Source: Oligoflexia bacterium (lineage in GTDB: Bacteria; Bdellovibrionota_C; UBA2361; JAFLCA01). Taken from it: 64,000 nucleotides of DNA. Both the position numbers and the translations under genes were made by a program. Numbering within the stretch: the first letter of the stretch is position 1; every line of letters begins with the position of its first letter. Below the pieces are notes generated by a model. It was not told the origin of the DNA and made no database searches. It saw only the letters and a program-made list of their open reading frames with translations. The stretch spans positions 1 to 64,000 of the forward strand of contig JAIBBV010000002.1 of NCBI GenBank assembly GCA_019694465.1, read 5' to 3'. This document shows positions 37,381 through 47,602 of this stretch, one piece after another.

Positions 37381-38716
37381 TTATTTCTGTATCTTTTCCA
37401 ATCCTTGCTCGATAAAAGCTTAGTGTGGCTGCCCCTACTGATTCAATCGAGTGGTTTGCTTCGCAGTTTTGGCGAGCTTTGAGGCCCATTTGCCGGCGAA
37501 GATTAGGGTCTTCAATCAAGAGTCGCATCGCCTGAGCAAGGGCTTCCGCATCTCGCGCAGGTACGACAAGGCCAGTTTCACCGTCAATTACAACGTCAGA
37601 ACAACCTTGAGTCTGGCATGTAATTGAAGCTCGGCCGCAAGCGGCTGCTTCGATTAGAAAGAGAGGAATTCCCTCTGGATAATAGGATGGCAGTACTGCC
37701 ACATGTGATTGAGCGAGTAGAGAAGCTATGTCGTCAACAAATCCCGGAAATTCAGCTATCCCTTCCCTCTTCCATGCATTGATTTCAGATGCAGCGATCG
37801 AGCGCCTATTGCTACTATCGGGTGTTCCCGCCACTATTAGGCGAAAATCTAGGCCTGCTGCTCTAAGTTTGCGGGCTGCTTCAATTAGCTCTCGTATACC
37901 CTTGTCCTCCAAAAGCCGACAGGCGCACACAAATGTTAATTTAGTGCTAGGTTCATTGCGATAACGAAAAACTGAAAGGTCTACGCCTGATCCTGGCACT
38001 ACGCAGCTTTTATCCGAAGATGTAAATCCGCACCTAACGAAAGTTTCCCGATCAACCTGATTGAAGAAAATGTAGCTTGAGTTTGGACGCGCGCCAGAGA
38101 TTTTAAACAGTGGCGATACAAGCAAGCGTAAAACACCTGGAAGCAGGGAATTAGGTGAAAAGAGATATCCAAGACCAGCAATAGTGTTGAACACATAGGG
38201 AACAGAGGCCATGCGTGCAGCTAGGCCGCCGTATAGAGCACCCTTAATTGCGATGTGGTGTACTACTTGTGGTTTTAATACTTGATACAGGCCATAGATC
38301 TGCCGCAGGGTTAGTAGTTCCTTAAGTGGATTAATGCTCTTGCGGTCAAAATCGACATTATAAAATTCAAAACCATGCGCTAGGATCTCTTTAGCGCGTC
38401 CGGTGTCGTGGGCGGCAACAGCGACACGAAAGCCAGCTTGTCGAAGTGAGCGTGCCAGCGGCAGCCGATGACTAAGAAAATACCAATCCTTAGTAACTAA
38501 AATAATAAGTAGCGGATTCTGCACAGCTCTGATCTCAACTAATGGCGATGATTCGCCAGCTTGTCGCGCGCAAAGAGTGCGATAAAAGGCCCCCCTAATG
38601 CCACGCATGTTGGTTTTAGTATAGCTCGCAGAATTGAGCTTGGCCACGAAAATGGGAGGTGGATAAGATAGTCCTGTGAGGAAATATCGGTTCCCAACAG
38701 CTCGGAGGCTCGACAA
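37331..38716 (-). CDS. glycosyltransferase family 1 (start probably internal)
   Basis: YYPEGIPLFLIEAAACGRASITCQTQGCSDVVIDGETGLVV. Convergent 50-nt overlap with the asnB 3' end. Confidence 0.75.
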   Translation of the reverse strand: MSSLRAVGNRYFLTGLSYPPPIFVAKLNSASYTKTNMRGIRGAFYRTLCARQAGESSPLVEIRAVQNPLLIILVTKDWYFLSHRLPLARSLRQAGFRVAVAAHDTGRAKEILAHGFEFYNVDFDRKSINPLKELLTLRQIYGLYQVLKPQVVHHIAIKGALYGGLAARMASVPYVFNTIAGLGYLFSPNSLLPGVLRLLVSPLFKISGARPNSSYIFFNQVDRETFVRCGFTSSDKSCVVPGSGVDLSVFRYRNEPSTKLTFVCACRLLEDKGIRELIEAARKLRAAGLDFRLIVAGTPDSSNRRSIAASEINAWKREGIAEFPGFVDDIASLLAQSHVAVLPSYYPEGIPLFLIEAAACGRASITCQTQGCSDVVIDGETGLVVPARDAEALAQAMRLLIEDPNLRRQMGLKARQNCEANHSIESVGAATLSFYRARIGKDTEIIIPDLASQHSLSQQSH

Positions 38717-38754
38717 TTTTTGTCCCCTGTGCGGTTACTTGATCCCGGATTTAG

Positions 38755-39552
38755 TTATGATCTCTGTGCTTTGCCTGGGCTAGTTAGATCCCAAAGAAAC
38801 TTAAACACTAGGCGCAAGTTGGCAGCCAGGCGAGCATCCCGGATCTCAGCTGCATAGTGCGGGCGTTCGCGTGAGAATATTAGTACTACAAAGTCGCCAC
38901 CGGCCCAAAAGGTTGTGTCAAATTCCCCTAGGCTTGGCATATTACGTACTTGTCTATTTGAGATGCGGCCCTTGAGACGCTTCTCAACTTCGGCCTCGTT
39001 TGAGAAGATTTTTATTTGAAGTTCAGGGTAGCTTTTATCCTTACGTGACCAGTGATGATCTAGCCAGCTGCGGTAGTGTTCGACAAAAGTATGATCTTGG
39101 AAGCCCCAGAAGGTCTTATCGGATATCGAGCAGCTTTGTTCCCAGGCGCTTAGGCGACTAAAGAGCATGCTGCGCACGTTCTTCTCGCCCTCCCAGAATT
39201 CAATCTTAGGAATATTTAAGTTTGTGCGACGAAAATACGGCTCAATGCGAGCTGCGAGGTCGGAGGCAAATCGCGCCTTCTCACGTAGCTGTTCCTGCTC
39301 GCGCTGTACCATGTCTACGAGTGCTTCTGGCCCGTTGGCGCAAAACATCGTGCGCCCCTTTGAGTGCTCTGTAGCTACCAGTCCCATACGCATTAAGGCA
39401 TCCAATACGGAGTAGACAGTAGTGCGTGGTAGTCCACAGCGGCGTGTTAAGAGAGCGGCGCCTGCCATGCCGAGTTCTACTAGTGCGAGGTAGACGCGTG
39501 CCTCATTCTCAGTCAGACCAAGACGCGCAAAGGTGGAAGTTGAGAGCTCCAT
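38755..39552 (-). CDS. TrmB-family transcriptional regulator
   Basis: LGLTENEARVYLALVELGMAGAALLTRRCGLPRTTVYSVLDALMRMGLV winged-HTH typical of TrmB. C-terminal effector domain. Confidence 0.75.
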   Translation of the reverse strand: MELSTSTFARLGLTENEARVYLALVELGMAGAALLTRRCGLPRTTVYSVLDALMRMGLVATEHSKGRTMFCANGPEALVDMVQREQEQLREKARFASDLAARIEPYFRRTNLNIPKIEFWEGEKNVRSMLFSRLSAWEQSCSISDKTFWGFQDHTFVEHYRSWLDHHWSRKDKSYPELQIKIFSNEAEVEKRLKGRISNRQVRNMPSLGEFDTTFWAGGDFVVLIFSRERPHYAAEIRDARLAANLRLVFKFLWDLTSPGKAQRS

Positions 39553-39689
39553 GTTGTCGAGACTACATCGACAGCTAACCCACTGTAAATACTCTTAGTT
39601 TAAAGGCTTTGCAGGTGTTCTGACGATACTCAGCAAGCAATGAGGACTGCTTTCCCCTACTCTCCTGGAGCAGCATGTAAGGAGTGGCA

Positions 39690-40796
39690 ATGAAGGCTAA
39701 AGCGCAGGTCTTATCAACTGTAGTTGAGGCAGTTATTTTTTTATTTCTAAGCGCTGCCTTTGTAGCTGCACAGCCGGCAGCTCCAATCCCAGAAAGAGTG
39801 ATACGAATCGGTGTACTTGCTTCTTTAACTGATGAGTGGATGGCGCTTGGCAATAGTATTGTAGAGGGCGTGCGTCTGGCAGCGGAGGAGAGCGACCGAA
39901 GTAGTGGGCTACGCTATGAAATCGTTGTTCAAGATACAGAAGAGGCGCATAGCGGGGCTAAGGCCATCGAGGCATTTCGAAGTCTTCGGCAACAGGGAGT
40001 TGAACTTTTTATTGGGCCAGTTGGAACACCTGGAGGTATGGCGCTGGCACCTATAATTCAGAGAGACAAGCGCGTCTTAATTGTAACTCCCACTGTGGGG
40101 GTGCGCGCGTTCTCCGATTCAAGCGAGCGAATATTTAATAGTCGTGGTCTTGATGAAGTAGGGAGTCGTTTGACGGCAGAGTTAGCCATTCAGAAGGGAG
40201 TACAGTCAGTAGCCGTTATTGGCAGCGAGCACCCATGGGAAGATGCCCAGGCTAGAGCATTTTCGGCGCGTTTCTCTGAACTTGGTGGGCAGATTCGATC
40301 GCATGATTCTCCGCCTTCAGATACGAATGATGTGAGGCCGATCTTGATTAAAATAATGCAGCAGCCACCCGAAGCAGTTTTTCTGGCCAATTTTAATAGA
40401 ATACCATTAACAGCTCGTCAGTTGCGGCAGCTTGGATACAGTGGTGAGCTATTTGCTGTTACTTTGGATGGGGCGCGTGTGGTGCAGTCTCGGGGGGCGC
40501 TGAATGGAGCTAATTTTTACAATTTTGAACTTCCCTCAAGCACCTTCCTTACTCGCTATAAATCCCGCTTCGGGCGAGAGCCTCAGCTTGGAGCGGACAG
40601 CGCCTTTGATGCCATGCGCATGCTGGACTATGCAATTCGCGAAAGCAGAGCTGGTGAGGCTGTTGCGATGAGTAAAGTGTTAACTGGGGCTACGATTGAG
40701 GGATGTAATGGCAGCTTTGTAATTGGCAGTGATCGAATTGCTAAACGCAGCATGCAAAGGTTAGCCGTGAGGGATGGGAAGATAGTCCTCGATTGA
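39690..40796 (+). CDS. periplasmic solute-binding protein, type I (Leu/Ile/Val-binding, Peripla_BP_6 family)
   Basis: AAGGAG 5 nt before the ATG at 39690. Signal peptide. RIGVLASLTDEWMALGNSIVEGVRLAAEE. Confidence 0.75.
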   Translation: MKAKAQVLSTVVEAVIFLFLSAAFVAAQPAAPIPERVIRIGVLASLTDEWMALGNSIVEGVRLAAEESDRSSGLRYEIVVQDTEEAHSGAKAIEAFRSLRQQGVELFIGPVGTPGGMALAPIIQRDKRVLIVTPTVGVRAFSDSSERIFNSRGLDEVGSRLTAELAIQKGVQSVAVIGSEHPWEDAQARAFSARFSELGGQIRSHDSPPSDTNDVRPILIKIMQQPPEAVFLANFNRIPLTARQLRQLGYSGELFAVTLDGARVVQSRGALNGANFYNFELPSSTFLTRYKSRFGREPQLGADSAFDAMRMLDYAIRESRAGEAVAMSKVLTGATIEGCNGSFVIGSDRIAKRSMQRLAVRDGKIVLD

Positions 40797-40956
40797 AGGC
40801 TACTTAAAGAGGGGGCTTCCTTTAAATGAAAGGCATGCATCTTACCTGGCAATGAATACCTTCGTCATTGCAACACGGGCTGCGAAGCCGGGCGCCCCTA
40901 CTATTTGCACACCACAGTTGCCACTACCCGTACAGCAGCTAGGTTCCCAGGGCCAC

Positions 40957-42189
40957 TTAGCTCTTAAAGATGTTCTTAAGCGCTAAATACTTTCCAGCTT
41001 GTTGCGGCTCTATAGATAGCTCACTAACTAACTGCATTATGCGTGAAACATTCTCGGAGATGCGATCGCGGGTTAGCTGTTTAGCATCCTCGACGTTCTT
41101 GCGAGTCTTAGCGTTCTCCGCTGGAGAGATCTTCGAATTCATTTCTACAAAGGCTGCTATAATGCCGCCCGGATTGGCAATGAAGTCAGGTATTATCGTA
41201 ACGCCACGTTTGGCGAGCTCTGAGCGAGTTTCTTCGGAGCACGGGTTATTTGCACCCTCTACGATGTACTTGGCTTTAATGCGTGCTTGATTAGCGGCGC
41301 TAATAACTCCCTGCACAGCGCATGGGAAAAGTAAGCTCACGTCTTGGTACAGGACCTCGTCCAGGCCAAGTTGGTGCGCCTTGATCTCTGTTAGTAACGC
41401 TTTTGTGCGCTCAAAGTTTTGCTCGATAACTGCCTTACGCAAGTCTGCCGTAGGTGCGCTGGTTAGCTCAAAGGTCCCGCCTAGGCGTGGGTCAGAAATG
41501 AATCGGATGTTTGCACCAGTTTCACCAAAGTAGCGAAACACTGCCGCCCCCATCGCCCCCAATCCTTGAATCGCACAGCTAGTTTGCTTCGGGCTGCAGC
41601 GCAAAAACTTTAGCATTGTCTCTGCTGCTACTGAGACGCCTAAGCCGGCTATTCCTTCGCGGTCATAGTCGGTGCCACCCATCTCTACAGGTTTGCCTGT
41701 GAAGCCACGCGTCGATTTCATCTCATCGCAGGCCCACACAGCGTGAATTGGCGCCCCACCAATGTCAAAACCAAAACCACCAAAAATCCCACCATTCTCC
41801 ACTAGCGTAGGTTTTACAAGTGATACAAAGCGGCGATACTTCTGTTCGAAACCAGGAGCTGCTGGATCGGCCCTAAGACCGGATTTCGCTCCTCCAAGCG
41901 GAAGCCCAGCTGCAGCGTTTTTGAGCGCCATTATGCGCGCTAGCATCTTCACTTCATCGAGACTAACTTGAGTTGTTATTCTGGTGCCGCCCTTACCGCA
42001 GCGTCCCAACGGTCCGCCTTTTGCTGCAAGCGTGGTCCAAACGACGACATAACCCTCGACGCCCATTTCTGGATCACGCACGGTCAGTTCCAGTTCAGGT
42101 GCTAAGGCATCAAACTTTGCTTGTAGTGACTTTAGTTCGGTGAAAAATTGCTCGCGATTCATGTTGTCACTGTAGTAGAAAATCTGCAT
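40957..42189 (-). CDS. Glu/Leu/Phe/Val dehydrogenase family (glutamate dehydrogenase-like)
   Basis: GGPLGRCGKGGTRI and GLPLGGAKSG motifs. C-terminal NAD(P) Rossmann GLGAMGAAV. Confidence 0.85.
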   Translation of the reverse strand: MQIFYYSDNMNREQFFTELKSLQAKFDALAPELELTVRDPEMGVEGYVVVWTTLAAKGGPLGRCGKGGTRITTQVSLDEVKMLARIMALKNAAAGLPLGGAKSGLRADPAAPGFEQKYRRFVSLVKPTLVENGGIFGGFGFDIGGAPIHAVWACDEMKSTRGFTGKPVEMGGTDYDREGIAGLGVSVAAETMLKFLRCSPKQTSCAIQGLGAMGAAVFRYFGETGANIRFISDPRLGGTFELTSAPTADLRKAVIEQNFERTKALLTEIKAHQLGLDEVLYQDVSLLFPCAVQGVISAANQARIKAKYIVEGANNPCSEETRSELAKRGVTIIPDFIANPGGIIAAFVEMNSKISPAENAKTRKNVEDAKQLTRDRISENVSRIMQLVSELSIEPQQAGKYLALKNIFKS

Positions 42190-42429
42190 AGAGAGAAGCA
42201 GCGTGCGTTTACCCGGGCTATGTACGATTGGGGCGACGCTGGACTTAATGGCCTAAAACAAAAAATGAAGAGTTCAAGTTAGTTATGCTGCTTGGCTTGG
42301 GAGCGGGCATCCCTGGCTGCTCTAGAAGTAGTTTTATTAATACCAATATGAAACCACTTCTAGGGCCACTCTCTTGGATTTAGTAGGCGCATGTTTCTAG
42401 GTAGGAGCTAAACAAGTACTCCAGTATTT

Positions 42430-43545
42430 ATGCAATCACTTCTTAGTATAGTTAATCGACTCTTGATATTGATTGTCCTAGTTACCGGCCTACCAGGCGC
42501 AGCGCAGGCAGCCCCTGAGGAAGTTCGCTTTGGTGCCCTACTGCATCTAACAGGCGAGTTTGCAACTTATGGTGTCGCCTTTCGTGAGGGGGCTGAGCTT
42601 GCGGCACATGAGATCAATGAACGACGTGAGCTGCCTAACGTGGTTCTTAAAGTTGTCTTCGAGGACACAGAGTATAAACCACAACAAGCCCATAGCGGTG
42701 CCAAGAAGCTTGTGTTTCAGGACAAAGTGGTCGCAGCAATCGTGTCAACGTTGACAGAGATAGAAAGCGCCGGGCCAGTTTTCGAGAAGGCCAAGATTCC
42801 AGCGGTGGTACTATGGGATGCGGGAAAGCAAATCGATGATTTGGGTGACTATATTTTCTCAATTGGTCCATCGGCCGAGTTGTCAGGCCAAACAGTGGCT
42901 CGCTTTAGCAAGGAACAGCTAAAGGCGCAGCGGGCAGTTGTACTTAGCAGTAATACCAGTTTTTCGCTCGCTGTTAGTCGCAGTTTCTCAGACGCCTTTC
43001 GTGGCCTCGGAGGCTCGATCGTAGATGAAGTTTCATTCAACCCGGATGAGATTGACTTTCGAACATCACTGCAGCGCATAAAGAAAGTAAACTTTGACCT
43101 GGCATACGCGCCAATCGATGCGCAGATGATGGCATTTTACAAACAATGGAGACAGGCCAAGTTCGAGCAGCCCGTAGTTTCAACCGACATCATTACGGAA
43201 GACAATCTGGTAGCTGCCAGCGCGCTTTTCGAAGGCGTCTTTCAGTCTATGACTGCTGACCCAATGTATTCTGCAACTAGGGCTATGTTGGACAGTTATC
43301 GAGAGTATTTTGGACGGGAGTGTCAGCAAATACTTCTTACTGCCTGGGGTTACGATGGTATACGCGTTCTAGCTGAGGCCTTTAAAAAAGCTGCCTCCTC
43401 GGATTTGATGAAGGAGGAGCTTTACAAGTTAAAAGACTTTGAAGGAGCGACAGGGCGGATTGCCTTTTCATCTGTCGGATCCTCTCCCAGAGTGCCCAGT
43501 ATGTTCAAGGTAGTAGATGGCAAGTTCTCAAGAGTATCACCCTAA
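42430..43545 (+). CDS. periplasmic solute-binding protein, type I (Peripla_BP_6 family), second copy
   Basis: Signal peptide LILIVLVTGLPGAAQA. RFGALLHLTGEFATYGVAFREGAELAAHEIN. Confidence 0.75.
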   Translation: MQSLLSIVNRLLILIVLVTGLPGAAQAAPEEVRFGALLHLTGEFATYGVAFREGAELAAHEINERRELPNVVLKVVFEDTEYKPQQAHSGAKKLVFQDKVVAAIVSTLTEIESAGPVFEKAKIPAVVLWDAGKQIDDLGDYIFSIGPSAELSGQTVARFSKEQLKAQRAVVLSSNTSFSLAVSRSFSDAFRGLGGSIVDEVSFNPDEIDFRTSLQRIKKVNFDLAYAPIDAQMMAFYKQWRQAKFEQPVVSTDIITEDNLVAASALFEGVFQSMTADPMYSATRAMLDSYREYFGRECQQILLTAWGYDGIRVLAEAFKKAASSDLMKEELYKLKDFEGATGRIAFSSVGSSPRVPSMFKVVDGKFSRVSP

Positions 43546-43612
43546 AGCGGGCGCTTGTTCCGTGCCTCGCTAAAGCTAGCAAAGCCACTTTTTTTAAGTA
43601 TTGTGGCAGGCT

Positions 43613-44771
43613 ATGCTGATAGACATGGCTGATTTTTTCGATCTTAATGCGGCACGGGCTTCCCTCACAGGTTTACGCGAGCGCGTTACTGCGCTGAGGG
43701 GGTTTCTTTGACATCGACAATGCCCGTCTTCGACTTCAGGAACTAGAAGAGCAGGCCGCAGCGCCTGGATTTTGGGATAGCGCCGATAAAGCTCGGGGCG
43801 TCCTGCGCGAGCGCTCGAATTGCGCCAGTGCGGTTGAGCGTTACCAGCGCCTTGATAAGCTATTCGGGGACGCCGAAGCCACTATCGATCTGGCTATCGA
43901 ATCAAAGGACGCAGAGCTGGTGAGGGAGTGTCAGCAGACCTTAGCCGCGCTTGAGTTAGCGCTTGGCAAGGAAGAGTTCCAATGCAAAATGTGCGGGGAG
44001 TTCGATCGCTCTCATGCCATCGTTGAACTTAATAGCGGTGCGGGAGGTACTGAGGCTCAGGATTGGGCTGAGATGCTACTGCGCATGTATATACGCTGGG
44101 CAGAAAAAAAAGGCTTTGGCGTGCAAGAATTAGATTATCAACCTGGTGAGGGTGCTGGGATTAAAAGCGCCTCAATCTTAATTGAGGGGGATTTTGCTTA
44201 CGGCTATCTGCGTAACGAGCAGGGAGTGCACCGCCTTGTTCGGATCTCGCCATTTGATTCCAATGCGCGTCGCCACACATCTTTTGCGGCCGTTACGGTT
44301 ACCCCTGATATCGAAGAAGATATAGATGTGCAGATAGATGAGAAGGATCTCAAAGTTGATACCTACCGTGCTGGTGGTAAGGGCGGACAGCATGTAAACA
44401 AGACTGACTCTGCGGTGAGATTAACGCATATGCCCACAGGCATAGTGGTAGCCTGCCAAAATGAACGCTCGCAGCATAAGAATAAAGAGCGCGCGATGAA
44501 AACTTTGCGCGCTAAGTTGTATGAGCTGCAAAAGGCAGCCCAGGATCAAAAAATTGATGCCCTCAAGGGAGATCGTCGCAAGATTGAATGGGGTAGCCAG
44601 ATCCGCTCGTATGTTATGCAGCCCTACCAATTAGTTAAGGATTTGCGTAGCGACTATGAAACATCTGCTATCGATGCTGTTTTGAACGGCGACTTGGATG
44701 CTGTGATTGAGAGTTGCTTGCTACAGAATGTGAGTGGAAAGACAGGCAAGACTTCCTCGGAAGTCGAGTAA
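43613..44771 (+). CDS. prfB: peptide chain release factor 2, expressed via programmed +1 frameshift at 43706-43712 (alternative start ATG 43625)
   Basis: Frame 0: MLIDMADFFDLNAARASLTGLRERVTALRGFL then in-frame TGA. The +1 frame continues DIDNARLRLQELEEQ... into ORF 43920-44771, which carries GGQ (RAGGKGGQHVNKT) and SPF-like (RISPFDS) motifs. N-terminus parallels E. coli ...LRGYL/DYDAK. Confidence 0.9.
43697..43712 (+). other. prfB +1 frameshift cassette: internal SD-like AGGGGG, 3-nt spacer, CTT TGA C slippery/stop site
   Basis: Sequence gAGGGGGtttCTTTGAC at 43696-43712. Same architecture as the E. coli prfB site (AGGGGG UAU CUU UGA C). Confidence 0.9.
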
Positions 44772-44988
44772 TGTTCGGCGTTGCGCCAATTTATATAAGA
44801 TTTTAGCATGCTGCAGTTCAAGTATATGCGCGTAACAGAATGATGCGTATTGCCTAGCTTTGTTCGCACTTCGAGCCGCTTATGCTTCGCTAAGGCAGAC
44901 TAGCTAAAGTCCCCTTTTCCGAAGGGTCTCGAATCAGCAAAGTATTTGGGCCTTATTTCTTGCGACTGCTATAATTGATGCGTGGATC

Positions 44989-45939
44989 TTAAAGCTCCTT
45001 AGAGTACCATCTATCGCAAGCGCAGTGACCAGTGGCGCCAAGCGGAGCCTGAAGAGGCTTAAACCCTAGCTTCTGGTAAAGTTGCTGAGCTTGTATCATT
45101 TTAGATGTTGTTTCTAAGTAGCATGTTTTATAGCCAAGCTGCTTGGCTGTATCTAAGCACTTTTGAAGAAGCTGCTCCCCCATACCAAGGCCACGTGCCT
45201 CCGGTAGAAGATACATTTTTCGAAGCTCGCATGTGTCGGCCTGGCCACCTTGTAGCGGCGCGAGCCCGCCACCGCCGAGAATAGTCTTATCTTTCTCAAG
45301 CACGAAATAGGCGCAGCCTTTGGAGCTGTATGCACGGCTCATGTAATCTACTTCTGGATCATTTATGGCAAAGCCTGGTCCGTTAGCTCCGAACTCCGGC
45401 ATGACTGTGCGAATTATGCGCGCGACAGCCTGATCGTCACTTTTCCGAATTGGGCGAAGCTTATGCCCTTCCTGTTGTCTTACTCGTCTCAATGCCCTGG
45501 CATAAATTGCTAGACCCTGATCTACTAAGGCGCGCTCTTGTTGAGGGAGCACATTCAGAGCATTGAGCACGCGTTGATTGGAGATATTGTGCAATTCGGA
45601 TACCGTCTCCCTGCCCTTTGCCGTGAGCGTTAAAACACGTTGCCTGCCATCCACGTTGTCAGCCTTGCTTTGCGCGAGCTTGCTCGCGACAAGTCTGCTG
45701 GCTAGGCGACTAGCTGAAGAGTGATCTAGCTGTAGTCGCGAGGCGAGCTGCGCAATTGTTAACTCCCCACCATTTTGTAGCTCAATCAAGGCATGGCCCT
45801 GCGCTAGCGTTACTCCGGATACGCACGGATGTGTGTGCATTAGTCCCCATTCGCGCACGATTTCGCGGAGTGATTGTCTTATTTTTTCTGGCTCTGGCAA
45901 CATATGTGTATCCATCAAGCAAATGTATGTATTATGCAT
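44989..45939 (-). CDS. MarR-family HTH regulator fused to GNAT N-acetyltransferase
   Basis: N-terminal LTIAQLASRLQLDHSSASRLASRLVASKLA...RQRVLTLTAKG (MarR wHTH). C-terminal ELRKMYLLPEARGLGMGEQLLQKCL..LGYKTCYLETT (GNAT motif A). Confidence 0.8.
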   Translation of the reverse strand: MHNTYICLMDTHMLPEPEKIRQSLREIVREWGLMHTHPCVSGVTLAQGHALIELQNGGELTIAQLASRLQLDHSSASRLASRLVASKLAQSKADNVDGRQRVLTLTAKGRETVSELHNISNQRVLNALNVLPQQERALVDQGLAIYARALRRVRQQEGHKLRPIRKSDDQAVARIIRTVMPEFGANGPGFAINDPEVDYMSRAYSSKGCAYFVLEKDKTILGGGGLAPLQGGQADTCELRKMYLLPEARGLGMGEQLLQKCLDTAKQLGYKTCYLETTSKMIQAQQLYQKLGFKPLQAPLGATGHCACDRWYSKEL

Positions 45940-46103
45940 ATAACCATGTCAGAGGCAAAGGTCAAGCTGTAGCTGCAAGATTCGCATGCCGAGGGGCGCC
46001 ATACATTGAGCGCTTCACCCAGCTACCAGCGGGCGGAGATATTCCGTTGAAGTAATAAGAGTACTTTCCTGTAGAAGACCTATCGTTTTAAGCATCTAAG
46101 TCA

Positions 46104-47336
46104 TTGGATATCTATAAGCTCGCCCCAATAGGGCGTAGCGAGCTGATAATCCAATTTGGGGCTAGAATGCTGCGCGATCTTCGACTGGAAAGTGAGCAAT
46201 ATCAGGCTGTTACGCCTCAGCGCGAGCTGCCTACAGCCGAGCGCTTTGAGGACGGCTGCATCGAAGTGCGAGGGAAAAGGGTCGTCGACTTTTCATCTTG
46301 GGACTATCTAGGCTTGTCCAGAAATCCACGCGTTGTTCGCGCTGCTCAACTAGGGTTAGCGGAACTTGGAGTTAGCGCTGGCTCCTCGCGGCTCTTTGGC
46401 GGTAGTACCATTTTTCACAAGCGGGCTGAGGGGCAGATCGCCAAATTCCTGGGGCAGCAATCAGCCATCTCGTTTAGTTCAAGAAATCAGGCCATCTTGT
46501 CATTAGCAACCTCAGTTTTATCTGAGCGAGATGCTCTTGTTTGCGATGAGCACACTTCGCTGCCCTGCTCAGATGCGGCTTACCTCTCGAACGCGTCTGT
46601 GCACTACTTTAGATCTAGCGATCCTGACACGCTTGATGTCGCCCTAGAGAGCTGCGCAGGTAAGCGACGCCGTCTACTGGTGATTGAGACTCTCTCTCCT
46701 TCCACTGGGGCTCAAGTAGGCCTACCCGAAATCATGGCAATTGCACGCAGGCATTCCGCGGGCGTTATCCTTGATGAGTCATTTGCCGTTGGTGCTCTTG
46801 GTGCTCGCGGGGCCGGTGTATCCGAGGGCTTTCAGTTTGGTGAGGAGTTAATTGGTATTATAGTCGACTGCTGCTTTGGGCTAGCAAGCTCTGGGACTTA
46901 CGTCTCTGGAAGCCAGATTTCTACGGATTTTCTTGTGTCTCGTAGTAGGACGTTTCAGTCTGAAGCAGCGCCCTGCCCCGCCCTCTGTGCTGCTCTTGAG
47001 GTTGCGCTTGATGCTTGCGAACTCAGCATTCAATTACGGGCACGGCTCCTAGGCCTCGCGAGCTATTTTTCTAATAATCTGCGAAAGACAGGGCTGAACG
47101 TTTCTGATACGAGCTCGCAAATTGTTTCTATTGCCTTTGAAAGGCGCTCGCTAGCCCGGTCGTTTTGCGATGCTCTCTTCCAGCGAGGAAGTCTTTGCGA
47201 TCTTCTTTCTCAGCCGACAGCCTTTAATGAGACATGCATGGCAAGATTTGTCATTCGCGCCTGCCACTCCGAAGCGCAGCTAGACGCAACTCTTCAGAGT
47301 GTGTCTGATATCGTGCAGCGTGTGGCAAAAGACTAG
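46104..47336 (+). CDS. alpha-oxoamine synthase (BioF/KBL/SPT) family homolog lacking the PLP-lysine and conserved His: probable non-catalytic pseudoenzyme
   Basis: Aligns with E. coli BioF through FSSWDYLGLSRNP, LLVIETLSPSTG. VDDAHGTG is replaced by LDESFAVG and TFGKGFGVSG by CCFGLASSG. Confidence 0.7.
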   Translation: MDIYKLAPIGRSELIIQFGARMLRDLRLESEQYQAVTPQRELPTAERFEDGCIEVRGKRVVDFSSWDYLGLSRNPRVVRAAQLGLAELGVSAGSSRLFGGSTIFHKRAEGQIAKFLGQQSAISFSSRNQAILSLATSVLSERDALVCDEHTSLPCSDAAYLSNASVHYFRSSDPDTLDVALESCAGKRRRLLVIETLSPSTGAQVGLPEIMAIARRHSAGVILDESFAVGALGARGAGVSEGFQFGEELIGIIVDCCFGLASSGTYVSGSQISTDFLVSRSRTFQSEAAPCPALCAALEVALDACELSIQLRARLLGLASYFSNNLRKTGLNVSDTSSQIVSIAFERRSLARSFCDALFQRGSLCDLLSQPTAFNETCMARFVIRACHSEAQLDATLQSVSDIVQRVAKD

Positions 47337-47480
47337 GCATGTTATTGGAGCGCAGTTCCTGCTCGAGTTTTAAATTTTGTCTGCTAGGCTGTATGGGCAC
47401 ATTCTCCATCGTTTCGCCTGCCGTCAGGGGCGGCATTTTGCGAAGAATAGAACAGCATGTGTCGATTTTGAGCCCCTCTC

Positions 47481-47496
47481 TGTTCCACGTGGAACT
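47481..47496. promoter_or_regulatory. parS-like ParB binding site (tGTTCCACGTGGAACt), perfect 14-bp palindrome upstream of parA
   Basis: Consensus parS is tGTTTCACGTGAAACa. This site differs by a symmetric T>C/A>G pair, preserving the palindrome. Located 107 nt upstream of parA. Confidence 0.7.
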
Positions 47497-47602
47497 CCTA
47501 AAAGGCATATCTCTCCAGTCCCCTAGCCTATGCGCTACTTCGATGCGCTCGTTAGTATAAATTAGTTGAAGTTGCTTTGCACAACGTGATACCTAGTTCT
47601 CG

